Below, piece by piece: positions 23,739 to 33,165 of a stretch of 42,559 nt of DNA. The first letter of the stretch is position 1, and each line of letters begins with the position of its first letter. This DNA comes from a virus: the IMG/VR virus record IMGVR_UViG_3300025528_000003; one strand, written 5' to 3'. The position numbers were made by a program, and so were the translations under genes. Under the pieces are notes generated by a model, which saw only the letters and a list, made by a program, of their open reading frames with translations, searched no databases and was not told the DNA's origin.

Positions 23739-23945
23739 ATGGCTGTCACGGGCACAAATACCGAAAACCAGCGCATGAAGTTCGTTGCCGACGAGATTGA
23801 GGCCAAGACGAGCCTGACGGTCAATGGTTCGCCCATTACCGGCGCGGCTCCGAATGCCGCCGACATTCCCTTCTCCTCGCAGAACTTCAGTGCGCAGAAC
23901 GTCGCGGACGCGCTAGAAGAGCTTTTCGCTGCGCTCAATCCATGA
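23739..23945 (+). CDS. Hypothetical virion-module protein (68 aa)
   Basis: ORF. Confidence 0.5.
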   Translation: MAVTGTNTENQRMKFVADEIEAKTSLTVNGSPITGAAPNAADIPFSSQNFSAQNVADALEELFAALNP

Positions 23946-24109
23946 CGGACGAAACCATCTGGTCGCTGATTGACTTCAGCGAGCCAAGGAAGAGGGGCGG
24001 GGAGCAGTCTCTGCCCCTTTCCGTTGAATGCCCCAAATGCGGCAAGAAGCTGAAGAAGCGGGGCGCACACTTCCACATTCGTGCGTGCAAGGGCGATGAA
24101 AGCGACTGA
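23942..24109 (+). CDS. Hypothetical zinc-ribbon protein (55 aa)
   Basis: Own translation: MTDETIWSLIDFSEPRKRGGEQSLPLSVECPKCGKKLKKRGAHFHIRACKGDESD. ATGA-coupled. Below the track cutoff. Confidence 0.45.
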   Translation: MTDETIWSLIDFSEPRKRGGEQSLPLSVECPKCGKKLKKRGAHFHIRACKGDESD

Positions 24110-24275
24110 CATCCTCGCATCCCTTGGATTCGACAAGGCGACCATCATCCCCGACAAGCGCGGCAAGATCGTTGTCCGCGTCCGCACGTCTCAGGGCTGG
24201 GTCTACGAGAAGTTCGATCCCGCCAACCTCAGAGAACAGATTGAAGCCTGGGCTGTAGGGAGATCACCGGAATGA
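24096..24275 (+). CDS. Hypothetical protein (59 aa)
   Basis: ATG 24096 (MKATDIL...) within ORF 24081..24275. Confidence 0.45.
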   Translation: MKATDILASLGFDKATIIPDKRGKIVVRVRTSQGWVYEKFDPANLREQIEAWAVGRSPE

Positions 24276-24916
24276 CGACACTTTCCGACCTACGCGCCGA
24301 CATCGCTGATGATGTGGACGATACCACGGGCGAATACGCAGGCCAGATCATCAAGGCCATTCAGGCGGCCCAGCGCTATTGTGAGCGGCACACGTTCTTT
24401 TTCAACGAGACCCGCGACATCACCTTCCTGACCGTGCAGGATCAGGAATGGTATGACGACAATGACCATCCCGATATCCGCACGCTTGTGCGCATTGTAG
24501 CGGCATACAGCGAGGACGCACAGGGCCAGCGCACCACGATGGTGCGCGTTCCGCCCGAAGAGATCGAGACGCTTTCTGACAATTCTGCGGCCCGTGGCGA
24601 ACCGTATCTCTGGACGTACTTCAACCAGAAAATCCGGCTTTATCCCATTCCCGGCGCGACCAGCTACACCATCCGCCTTCAGGTCGGCCCGTACCGGCTG
24701 GCACCGCTGGTCAATCCCGGTGATAGCAATGCGTGGCTTGATTACGCCTACGACATGATCAAGGCGCGAGCCAAGTACATCTTTGCCAAGAACACGCTGA
24801 AAGACCCGGCATTAGCAGCCGAGTCCCTCAACGACTACATGGACCAGTACAACGCGCTGAAGGCCGAGACTTCGGCCCGCAACGGGACGGGCGTCATCTG
24901 CCCGACGCATTTCTGA
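24272..24916 (+). CDS. Virion protein, positional analogue of the head-tail adaptor / tail tubular protein A
   Basis: 214 aa. Gene order parallels T7-like gp11. Confidence 0.5.
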   Translation: MTTLSDLRADIADDVDDTTGEYAGQIIKAIQAAQRYCERHTFFFNETRDITFLTVQDQEWYDDNDHPDIRTLVRIVAAYSEDAQGQRTTMVRVPPEEIETLSDNSAARGEPYLWTYFNQKIRLYPIPGATSYTIRLQVGPYRLAPLVNPGDSNAWLDYAYDMIKARAKYIFAKNTLKDPALAAESLNDYMDQYNALKAETSARNGTGVICPTHF

Positions 24917-24917
24917 C

Positions 24918-26378
24918 ATGCAGATTCCATTCGCGGAATGGGCACCGGATAGCGCTGCCCTGAATAGCAATGTTGCGGCGGATGTGCGGGGCGTGCTTTG
25001 TGCCGCCAATTCGTACATCCCGTTCCCGAGCCTTGTTTCGGTCTCTGAGCCGCTGCCGGACAAGCCGCTGGGTTATTTCACGGCCCGGTCCCTTGCTGGC
25101 GGGGAGGTTGTGATATTTGCCGCCACGTCCGAGAAAATCTATCGGATGGACAATACCGATTTTAGCTGGAATGACGTAAGCCAGAACGGCACGACCTATG
25201 CTGCATCTGATGATGCGCTTTGGAGCTTTGCGCAGTTTGGCGACTACGTTGTTGCGGTCAACAAAAACGATGACCCGCAATATTTCCAGATCGGCGTCTC
25301 TACCGAGTTTGCAGACCTGCCGGGCAGCCCGCCACGGGCCAATCAGGTGCGCGTGTGGGGCGATTTCCTCGCACTGATACAGCTTACAAGCAACCCGAAC
25401 AGGGTGCATTGGTCCGGTCTCAACGACATTACGCAGTGGACACCAGGCGCGAACAATTGCGACTTTCAGGATTTCCCTGACGGCGGCATTGTTCAGGGTT
25501 CCAGCGAGGCGACAAACCCGGTCATCATCCTTGAGCGGGCGATTTATGTCGCAACGTTCATTCCCGGTTCCGTTTCGGTATTCAACTTCACGAAGGTGCA
25601 CGATCAGCGCGGCGCGGCATCGGACAAATCCATTGCTACCCGTGGTTCGTACATGTTCTACGCCGACCGTGGCGGCTTTTTCCAGATTGGCGCGGACGGC
25701 TCTCTTGCCAATATCGGCTTTGAGAAGGTCGATAGGACGATTTTCGGCTCTCTGGCTGCCCCCGACATTGCGTCGATGCGCGGCGTGGTCGATCCGTTCT
25801 ATTCGCGGGTTTACTGGGCTGCGGATATGGGCGGCGTCGGTTTCTTCAACCGGCTCTATGTCTACGACTGGAATCTCCAGCGCTGGTCTCAGGCACATGT
25901 GAGCATTCACGGTCATTTCCCGGCAGCCTCCACGGGCACGACGCTTGAGGGATTGGACGACATTTCGGCCAGTCTGGATGATTTGCCGTTCTCGCTCGAC
26001 TCCAAGGTCTGGCAGGGCGGTGCGCCCATTCTGGCGGCATTCACGATGGATTACAGGCTTGCATTCTTCAATGGCCCGCCAATGCGTGCCGTGCTCACCA
26101 CTCAGGAGGTGGGCGACACGGCGGGCCAGGTGACATTCCTGCGCGAAGTCATGCCGGTGGTCGATACCGACGAGGTTAGCGTCGAGATCGGATCCCGCTT
26201 TCGCCGCAGCGATCCCGTGAACTGGCTTCAAGCCCGCCGTCCTTCCGCCGCGACGGGCATGGTCCAGTGTCGCGCAAGAGGCCGCTTCCATCGCTTCCGC
26301 GTCTCCATCGATCCCGGAAGCCTCTGGACGCACGCTCAGGGAATTGACGTTAAGCCGCAACCGATGGGCATTAGATGA
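24918..26378 (+). CDS. Virion protein, positional analogue of tail tubular protein B / nozzle
   Basis: 486 aa, follows the adaptor-like gene. Confidence 0.5.
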   Translation: MQIPFAEWAPDSAALNSNVAADVRGVLCAANSYIPFPSLVSVSEPLPDKPLGYFTARSLAGGEVVIFAATSEKIYRMDNTDFSWNDVSQNGTTYAASDDALWSFAQFGDYVVAVNKNDDPQYFQIGVSTEFADLPGSPPRANQVRVWGDFLALIQLTSNPNRVHWSGLNDITQWTPGANNCDFQDFPDGGIVQGSSEATNPVIILERAIYVATFIPGSVSVFNFTKVHDQRGAASDKSIATRGSYMFYADRGGFFQIGADGSLANIGFEKVDRTIFGSLAAPDIASMRGVVDPFYSRVYWAADMGGVGFFNRLYVYDWNLQRWSQAHVSIHGHFPAASTGTTLEGLDDISASLDDLPFSLDSKVWQGGAPILAAFTMDYRLAFFNGPPMRAVLTTQEVGDTAGQVTFLREVMPVVDTDEVSVEIGSRFRRSDPVNWLQARRPSAATGMVQCRARGRFHRFRVSIDPGSLWTHAQGIDVKPQPMGIR

Positions 26379-26821
26379 CATACCGCGTCGTCAACACGAC
26401 TGACTGGACTTACGAGCAACTAGCTCCCTACACCAAGCAAATAACGGCCTACTTCAAAAAGCTGGTGGATAAATTCCCCGAGGACATCACGGTCGAGGCG
26501 CTTGCCCGTGATGTTGTCGTGGGTGCCAAGCAGATGTGGCTTGTGTTCCATGGCGACGAGTTTGTTGCCGTGGCGCTGACGGCCATCCGGACGGTGGACG
26601 CGACGGGGCATAAGATTGTCACCGTGACTTCCCTTGGCGGGAATGAGGGCGCGGCGTGTGTGCCAGCGCTCAATGAGGTGATTACGGAATACGCAAAGCA
26701 GGAAAACGCTGATTTCATCTCCGTCGAGGGGCGGAGAGGCTGGGACCGTGCGCTGAGAAAGCACGGCTTTAAAGAATACGCTGTCGTGTGGCGGAAACCT
26801 CTGAGGCAACAGAATGGGTAG
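26375..26821 (+). CDS. GNAT-like (acetyltransferase-fold) protein inside the virion module
   Basis: The topology ...VAVALTAI...IVTVTSLGGNEGAACVPALNEVITEYAKQENADFISVEGRRGWDRALRKHGFKE resembles GNAT motifs A/B. The call is weak. Confidence 0.35.
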   Translation: MTYRVVNTTDWTYEQLAPYTKQITAYFKKLVDKFPEDITVEALARDVVVGAKQMWLVFHGDEFVAVALTAIRTVDATGHKIVTVTSLGGNEGAACVPALNEVITEYAKQENADFISVEGRRGWDRALRKHGFKEYAVVWRKPLRQQNG

Positions 26822-27647
26822 CAAGTCATCCAAGACCACAACTGAAAACAAGCCCCCGGCATGGGCGGCACCCCTGTTTCAGACTTCGGCCTCGGAGGCC
26901 ATGAAGCTCTACAAGCAGGGCGTCGGCGGTAACACATATCTTGGCCCGACTGTTGCGGACCTGTCCGACACGACAATGCAGGGCGTCAACCAGCTTGCCC
27001 AGGCTGGGCAGGCGTGGGATACGTCCGGCACACGTCCACTGTTTCAGCAGATTGGTGCTGCTGCGGCTGGTCCGTCATACGCAGAGCAGAACCTTGCCCA
27101 AATTGCGTCCGGACAGGACAATCCCTACTTTGAAGAGGCTCTGCAAAACCAGCTTAACAAGGCCGGCTCCCAGATCAACAGCCTCATGAGCGGTGCGGGC
27201 CGGTATGGCTCCGGCGCACACACTGGTGTGCTTGCTTCCGAGCTTGGCGGGCTGCGGACTCAGGCGCTATCCGACCAGTGGAATCGCAATATCCAGAACC
27301 AGCTTGCGGCGGCTGGTCAGATGGATGCGTCCCGTCTTGCCGGTCTTGGCCTCGGGCTTCAGTCTGCCGACCGCATGGCCGGTCTCGATCAGCAGAATTT
27401 CCAGAACAGGCTTGCCGGTGCCGGTGCCACGCTTCAGGCGGGCAGCATCCTCGATGAGCAGGCCCAAAAGCAGCTTATGGATGAGATCGCGAAGTTCTAC
27501 GCGCTCGACAATGAGGCGTGGACGCGCCTTGGTATGCTTCAGGCCGCTGCGGCGGGTGCCGCTGGCCCGTATGGGACGCAGGTTGCACAGTCCCGCACGC
27601 CATTCAACCCGCTATCTGCCGTCGCACCGCTTTTCAGGGGTAAATAA
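26814..27647 (+). CDS. Internal virion protein (Gln/Ala/Gly-rich)
   Basis: 277 aa. Position analogous to T7 gp14. Confidence 0.5.
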   Translation: MGSKSSKTTTENKPPAWAAPLFQTSASEAMKLYKQGVGGNTYLGPTVADLSDTTMQGVNQLAQAGQAWDTSGTRPLFQQIGAAAAGPSYAEQNLAQIASGQDNPYFEEALQNQLNKAGSQINSLMSGAGRYGSGAHTGVLASELGGLRTQALSDQWNRNIQNQLAAAGQMDASRLAGLGLGLQSADRMAGLDQQNFQNRLAGAGATLQAGSILDEQAQKQLMDEIAKFYALDNEAWTRLGMLQAAAAGAAGPYGTQVAQSRTPFNPLSAVAPLFRGK

Positions 27648-28048
27648 TGGCTATCGCACCCGCTTCCAAAGGCGACACGAGCCTTTCGCAGGCATTTTTG
27701 AACAACAAGCCCGTGCAGGCTCCCACGCTTCCGACGATCACGCAGCCGCAGGCCCGTCCGTTGCCTCAGATGCCATCTCAGTCAACGCCCGCGCCGCAGC
27801 CGACGACATCCATTGCCCCGCATTCCAAGGGCGGCCCCATGGGTGAACTTGTTGACTGGATATACGAAGCGTCGGGCATGCCAAGACGGCAAATCATCGG
27901 CTATCGGATCGGCGACAACGTGCATGATAGGCGACCGATCTACGGCCCCCCGATTACTCCGGTCCAGCAGCAGACACAGCCCGCGCCATTGCCCCAATCC
28001 GCATTGCTTGCAAGGGCGATCAACGAGCGTGCCCAGAGGGGAGGCTAG
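27647..28048 (+). CDS. Pro/Gln-rich virion-module protein
   Basis: 133-aa coupled ORF. Confidence 0.5.
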   Translation: MAIAPASKGDTSLSQAFLNNKPVQAPTLPTITQPQARPLPQMPSQSTPAPQPTTSIAPHSKGGPMGELVDWIYEASGMPRRQIIGYRIGDNVHDRRPIYGPPITPVQQQTQPAPLPQSALLARAINERAQRGG

Positions 28049-28051
28049 TAC

Positions 28052-29419
28052 ATGAACCCCCTTGAACAGCTTCTCGCAAACATCCTCAATCCCGGTGGAA
28101 GGAATGCGCTTGCCCGTACGGCGATCATGCCGACCGAGAGCAACGCGCTCCCGGCCAACTTGCAGCCCAATGCGCTTGCCGCACTAAGCGCACCGCAGCC
28201 CGCTCCCGTTCCTGCCCCCGTACCGCCACAGGGAGCCCCCGTGAGCGCCGTTCCGGCTCCGGCTGGTATGGACATGCCCCCGGCTGCCCAGGGCGCTCCT
28301 GCGCTTCCCCAGGCCGTTCCACAGCCGCCCCAACAGGCACCTCGTGGCGGCGGGATTGGTGGCTTCCTTTCGGGCCTTTTCAACCCGTCAGCCGCTGGCC
28401 GCAATCAGACAATCCAGTGGTTGCAGTCTCAGGGCCTTGACGAGGGCACTGCCACGCTGCTGGCAAGCAACAAGAGCGCCCTTCAGCAGTACCTCTTGCA
28501 GCGCACCCGTGGCGACGATCCCAAGACCATGCTTGAGCTTGAGAAGCTGGCTCTTGAGGTCGAGGAAAAGCGCCGTCCGACAACTGACGATATTCGCGAA
28601 TATCAGTTCGCACGGCAGCAGGGCTATGAAGGCAGCTTTGCGGACTTCATGAAAGAGATGCGCCGGGCTGGTGCCCAGAACATCACGGTCGGCGGACAGC
28701 AAGATCCGCTCTGGGGCGATGCGCCCAAGGATCATGTCTGGCTGCGTGACGAAAACGGCAACGTGGTTACGGAACCGGACCCGTCAGGACGCGGCGTGCG
28801 CCCGGTCTCTGTTCCTATTGCCGGTTCTGCGGCTGACCAGGAACTTCGCGGTCAGGCGGAAGCCGCCGAAGGCAAGGAGGAGCAGGCCAAGACCTGGAAC
28901 ACGATTGTCAATCAGGACATCAACCGCGCCATTGAGATTGTGGAGAACAGCACGCTTCCCACCACGGGTATCGTTGGCGATCTACTCTCCGGCATTGGCG
29001 GCACGGAAGCGCGAAACCTGCGCGGCCTACTCGATACGATCAAGGCGAATGCTGGCTTTGATCGGCTCCAGGCCATGCGCGATGCTTCGCCGACGGGTGG
29101 CGCTCTTGGGCAAGTTTCTGAGCGTGAACTTGCCTTCCTCCAGTCCACCATCGGCAATCTTGAGCAGTCTCAGACCAAGGATCAAATCCTTTACAATCTC
29201 CGTCGCGTACAGAAGATTTACCAGAATATGCTCAACGGCAAGCGGGCATATGACGGACTTCTGGAAGAAGGCGGCAAGGCGAAGAAGGGTGATCGTGTTG
29301 GCGGTACGCCAGAGTTTTCTAACGCCGATGATGTCACCAAAGCCTTCCGGGAGGGGCGCATCAAACCCGGCGACATAGTTATCGTCAACGGTCAGCATAT
29401 GCGCGTGGAGGTTCAATAG
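28052..29419 (+). CDS. Internal virion protein
   Basis: 455 aa with a Pro/Ala-rich N-terminus. Confidence 0.55.
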   Translation: MNPLEQLLANILNPGGRNALARTAIMPTESNALPANLQPNALAALSAPQPAPVPAPVPPQGAPVSAVPAPAGMDMPPAAQGAPALPQAVPQPPQQAPRGGGIGGFLSGLFNPSAAGRNQTIQWLQSQGLDEGTATLLASNKSALQQYLLQRTRGDDPKTMLELEKLALEVEEKRRPTTDDIREYQFARQQGYEGSFADFMKEMRRAGAQNITVGGQQDPLWGDAPKDHVWLRDENGNVVTEPDPSGRGVRPVSVPIAGSAADQELRGQAEAAEGKEEQAKTWNTIVNQDINRAIEIVENSTLPTTGIVGDLLSGIGGTEARNLRGLLDTIKANAGFDRLQAMRDASPTGGALGQVSERELAFLQSTIGNLEQSQTKDQILYNLRRVQKIYQNMLNGKRAYDGLLEEGGKAKKGDRVGGTPEFSNADDVTKAFREGRIKPGDIVIVNGQHMRVEVQ

Positions 29420-29420
29420 C

Positions 29421-30869
29421 ATGCCCGAAATTCGCCTTGTGCCGGTTAAGCCGCCGCAAATCACGCTGACACCTGTCGGGGATGGCGCGGCTCCGGAAGA
29501 GCGTGGCGTTTTCCGCCGCATCGATGATGCTGTGCGCGGCGCTGCCGACATGCTGACATTTGGCTTCGCGGATGAAATAGCAGCCCGCCTTGGCGCACTC
29601 ACGGGCATCGGTGGTGAGCGCGGGAACTATGATGCCAATCTGGAAGCACAACGCGCCCGCGACGAGCAGGGTGGCGTCGAGCGGTTTGCGGGGCAGCTTG
29701 CGGGCGCGGTTGCCCTTCCGGGGGCCGCAGTTCGCTCTCTCCCCGGTGCCATAGCTACGGGCGCTGCTGCTGGTGGTGCTTATGGATTCGGCAGTGGAGA
29801 GGGCGGCTTTGAGGATCGCGCCACTTCCGCCGCGCTAGGCGCAGCAACTGGTGGTGCCGTTGGCGGTGCGCTGCGGGCCGGTGCGAATGCCCTTGGCAAT
29901 CGCGCAGCGGCAAAAATGATCCCGACGAATGAGAACCTACGCAAGCTCGCGGATCAGGCGTACAAAAAGGCGGAAGATGCTGGCGTCATATTCAAGCCCG
30001 AAAGCGTGAGCAAACTCACCAGCGAAGTTGTCAACGATCTTGCTGAATTCGGGTTTGATCCGGCATTGCAGCCCGGCATTGCCGCCGTTGTCCAGCGCCT
30101 CCAGGGAATGGAGGGGCAGAACGTCACGCTAAAGGGCCTCGACATTATCCGCCGTGTTGCACAAAGCGCGGCTCAGGCTGGCGATAACCCGTCGCAGCGG
30201 GCACTTTCGGCCCGTATTATTGACAGGATTGACGACTTCATTGACCGTACCGGCGCTGATGACGTTCTGATGGGAGATGCAAGGCGGGGCGCTTCCGCAC
30301 TGAAGCAGGCCCGCGACCTGTGGCGACGGCTGCGCAAGTCCGAGATGCTTGACACCGCCATTGAAAAGGCGGAGCGGCGAGCCGCTTCAACTGGCTCTGG
30401 CGGTAATCTGGATAACGCCATCCGGCAGAATGTCCGAGGCATACTGGACAACCCCCGGAAGTCTCGCGGCCTTACCGATGCTGAGCGCCAAGCTGCTGAG
30501 CGTGTGGTTCGCGGCGGTCCCGTTCAGAACACGTTGCGTCTCGCAGGCAAACTGTCCCCTCAGGGCAATGGTCTGATGGCTGCCCTTGGCATCGGCGGCA
30601 CAATGGTCAATCCCGCTATTGGAGGGCTTGCCCTTGGCGGCATGGCTGCGAAGAGCACGGCGGACCGTATGACGCGGAAGAATGTCGAGCGGCTGTCGCA
30701 AGTCATTCGCGCTGGCGGCAAGACCGCAAAAGACCTTGCCGACCTTGCTCGTGGTGAGATGCTTCAGAACGCACAGATCAAGCGCATTGAGCAGTATGCC
30801 CGCATGTTGGGCGTGTCTGTTCCGGAGCTTGCCGCCGCAGTTCGGGAGCGGATGGCTACTGTAGAATAG
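29421..30869 (+). CDS. Internal virion protein (Gly/Ala-rich, putative membrane-interacting segments)
   Basis: 482 aa with stretches GAIATGAAAGGAYGFGSGEGG and GGTMVNPAIGGLALGGMAA. Confidence 0.55.
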   Translation: MPEIRLVPVKPPQITLTPVGDGAAPEERGVFRRIDDAVRGAADMLTFGFADEIAARLGALTGIGGERGNYDANLEAQRARDEQGGVERFAGQLAGAVALPGAAVRSLPGAIATGAAAGGAYGFGSGEGGFEDRATSAALGAATGGAVGGALRAGANALGNRAAAKMIPTNENLRKLADQAYKKAEDAGVIFKPESVSKLTSEVVNDLAEFGFDPALQPGIAAVVQRLQGMEGQNVTLKGLDIIRRVAQSAAQAGDNPSQRALSARIIDRIDDFIDRTGADDVLMGDARRGASALKQARDLWRRLRKSEMLDTAIEKAERRAASTGSGGNLDNAIRQNVRGILDNPRKSRGLTDAERQAAERVVRGGPVQNTLRLAGKLSPQGNGLMAALGIGGTMVNPAIGGLALGGMAAKSTADRMTRKNVERLSQVIRAGGKTAKDLADLARGEMLQNAQIKRIEQYARMLGVSVPELAAAVRERMATVE

Positions 30870-31083
30870 TATTCAGCCAATTCGGCGTTTTGTCGAGAGC
30901 GACCATAATCGTCAGCGCGGCAACGCCTAGGGGGACGATAGCCGCAGCGGCGGCCTTATGTGTGTGGGGCTGCCCTGCCGTCCCGTCTCTTTCGTGGCGG
31001 GAATAGGTGAACAGCCCCCACGTAAAAACGATGGTGAGCAGGTTGGCGGATAGCACCGCTGCCAGTATCGTTAGATAGCTCAT
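30856..31083 (-). CDS. Small 2-TM membrane protein encoded antisense within the virion operon (moron)
   Basis: MSYLTILAAVLSANLLTIVFTWGLF...AAAAIVPLGVAALTIMVAL. AAGGGTGA RBS. Overlaps the 3' end of the 29421.. gene by 14 nt. Confidence 0.55.
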   Translation of the reverse strand: MSYLTILAAVLSANLLTIVFTWGLFTYSRHERDGTAGQPHTHKAAAAAIVPLGVAALTIMVALDKTPNWLNTILQ

Positions 31084-31171
31084 CAATCACCCTTGGCGCA
31101 GTCCATAGCGGACATATGACACAAACTTTCAGGGCTGTCCATCCGGGCGGCCTTTTTTCATGGGGTAACGG

Positions 31172-31891
31172 ATGGCTACAGCTTACGAGATAGCGGCCAG
31201 CATGGCCGGTACTCGGGAAGGTCAGGCCGCGCTACTGGACTATCTCAGGACGGGCGGCGTCAACATCGACCCTACGACACGGGCATGGTGCGCCGACTTC
31301 GTTAACGCCACACTGGCGAAGGCCGGTCAGAAGGGTACGGACTCCGGACTTGCCCGCTCCTTTCTCAAGTGGGGAATGGAGGTAACCGATCCTCAGGTTG
31401 GTGACATTGCCGTATTCTCACGGGGTGACCCGAACGGCCCTTACGGTCACGTTGGGTTCTTCGCCGGATACAATCCGGACGGCACCATCCGCGTTCTGGG
31501 CGGCAACCAGTCCGATAGCGTCAGTTACGCCAACTATCCCACTGATCGCCTTCTAGGGTTCCGCCGTGCGGCTCCCGATAGTGGGGAAGCGCCTCAAACG
31601 CAGGTGGCATCCGCCCCCCCCCCGCAGAGCACGGAAACAGCCCCATTCGGCTCCATTGCTCCTTCACCCATTCCGAAAGAGGTTGCGCAGTTCGCTGCCG
31701 CTGAAGACCCGAAGCCGCTTGGTCAGCGCCTCACCGAAATGGTGCGGGCATGGGAAGCGCAGATACCGCAAGCGCCGCGTCCCGGCCCCATGGGAGACGC
31801 CCGCTCCACGGGCAACGCACTTCTCCAATTCATGCAGTCACCGACTGCCGCAGACATGTTCATCCAGAAAAGACTAGCGGGGATAGCCTGA
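31172..31891 (+). CDS. CHAP/NlpC-P60-like peptidoglycan hydrolase (TIGR02594-like), virion-associated
   Basis: Motifs WCADFVNATL...GDIAVFSRG...YGHVGFFAGY...VLGGNQSDSV. Confidence 0.8.
   Translation: MATAYEIAASMAGTREGQAALLDYLRTGGVNIDPTTRAWCADFVNATLAKAGQKGTDSGLARSFLKWGMEVTDPQVGDIAVFSRGDPNGPYGHVGFFAGYNPDGTIRVLGGNQSDSVSYANYPTDRLLGFRRAAPDSGEAPQTQVASAPPPQSTETAPFGSIAPSPIPKEVAQFAAAEDPKPLGQRLTEMVRAWEAQIPQAPRPGPMGDARSTGNALLQFMQSPTAADMFIQKRLAGIA
31614..31623. repeat. Homopolymeric C10 tract inside the hydrolase gene
   Basis: Read directly. It encodes ...SAPPPQ.... Confidence 0.9.
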
Positions 31892-31892
31892 T

Positions 31893-32918
31893 ATGGCGTC
31901 GTCTATCTACGATTGGAGCACCGACCCGGCGAGCAACGCCACGGCTGATGAAGACATCAACTGGGCCGAGGGAATGCCGTCTTCCGCCGTCAACAACTCA
32001 GCACGCCAGATGATGGGCCGCGTTGCCGAGTATATCAAGGACATCGGCGGCATCCTGGAAAGCAGCGGTACGGCGAACTCGATCACGCTCACCGCTAATT
32101 CCGCCATAACCACGTACACCAACGGGCTGCGATTCACCTTCCGTGCGGGGGCCACGAACAACGGTGCGGCTACCCTCAATGTCAATAACCTCGGCGCAAA
32201 GGCCATCCGCAAGCAGGTCGGCAGTGAAGATGTGCCGCTTGACGGCGGTGAGATTGTCGAGGGGTGCGTTTATGAGGTGATTTATAGCTCCGGCATCGAT
32301 AGCGGTTCCGGTGGTTGGCAGTTGATCAACCCCCCGTCCGTCAATCACCTAGACATCTATGTTCCCGTGAGTGCCGTTCTTCCCTATGCGGGCACTCTTG
32401 CGCCTGATGGTTACCTCTTCTGCTATGGACAGGCGGTCTCGCGCACAACGTACGCTGACCTATTCGCGGCCATTGGCACGACCTACGGTAATGGCAACGG
32501 CTCCACGACATTCAATCTCCCTGATCTTCGCGGGCGTGTTGCAGCCGGTCGCGACAATATGGGGGGCACCTCAGCCTCGCGGCTGTCGAGCATAAGCGGC
32601 GACACGCTCGGTGCATCTGGCGGGTCGCAGGAGCATACACTGACAGTGGCGCAAATGCCCGCGCACAATCATGGTCCCGGCTCGCTTCAAGTGCCGCCCA
32701 TTCCAGATCATGTGCATCAATATCCAGGCCCGGCCACTGTGTCTACAAGCGGCGGCAACCGGCCTTCTGGCTCGGGTGGTACAGGCATGCTCAACACGAC
32801 GCCTGCTGGCGGACGACCCGCAACATCATTGAATGGATCAACGGCGTCAGCCGGTAGCGGCCAAGCCCACCCCAACGTCCAGCCCACACTAATCCTCAAC
32901 TACATCATCAAGTACTGA
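31893..32918 (+). CDS. Tail fibre protein with phage tail-collar domain
   Basis: Motifs LPYAGTLAPDGYLFCYGQAVSRTTYADLFAAIGTTYGNGNGSTTFNLPDLRGR and HPNVQPTLILNYIIKY. Confidence 0.9.
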   Translation: MASSIYDWSTDPASNATADEDINWAEGMPSSAVNNSARQMMGRVAEYIKDIGGILESSGTANSITLTANSAITTYTNGLRFTFRAGATNNGAATLNVNNLGAKAIRKQVGSEDVPLDGGEIVEGCVYEVIYSSGIDSGSGGWQLINPPSVNHLDIYVPVSAVLPYAGTLAPDGYLFCYGQAVSRTTYADLFAAIGTTYGNGNGSTTFNLPDLRGRVAAGRDNMGGTSASRLSSISGDTLGASGGSQEHTLTVAQMPAHNHGPGSLQVPPIPDHVHQYPGPATVSTSGGNRPSGSGGTGMLNTTPAGGRPATSLNGSTASAGSGQAHPNVQPTLILNYIIKY

Positions 32919-32921
32919 TAG

Positions 32922-33158
32922 ATGTACGAATTTCTCATCAATCTCCCGGCAGTAGATGATTTCGACAACGTAGATGACATCCGCGTTGTCATCTACCAGA
33001 ACGGTCGATTTGCCCACGCTCCACTTCGCAAGCTTGTCCGGTATGTTCTGGATGAAAGCAACGAGGGTGGCCTTCTGCTTCTGGAAGGTGACGAGCAAGA
33101 CACGACCATCGATCACATCCTATTCGAGGACGAATCCGGCCTCCTTCTCCTGAACTAG
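32922..33158 (+). CDS. Small acidic protein between the fibre genes (possible fibre assembly factor)
   Basis: 78-aa ORF with lower GC. Preferred over the antisense ORF 32889..33116. Confidence 0.5.
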   Translation: MYEFLINLPAVDDFDNVDDIRVVIYQNGRFAHAPLRKLVRYVLDESNEGGLLLLEGDEQDTTIDHILFEDESGLLLLN

Positions 33159-33165
33159 GGTTACC

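Noticed and set aside
31566-31877. The 103-aa alternative-frame ORF inside the hydrolase gene as an independent gene.
   Set aside because: It has no RBS or start context and an extremely basic, low-complexity product. It is considered only as a possible slippage product at the C10 tract.
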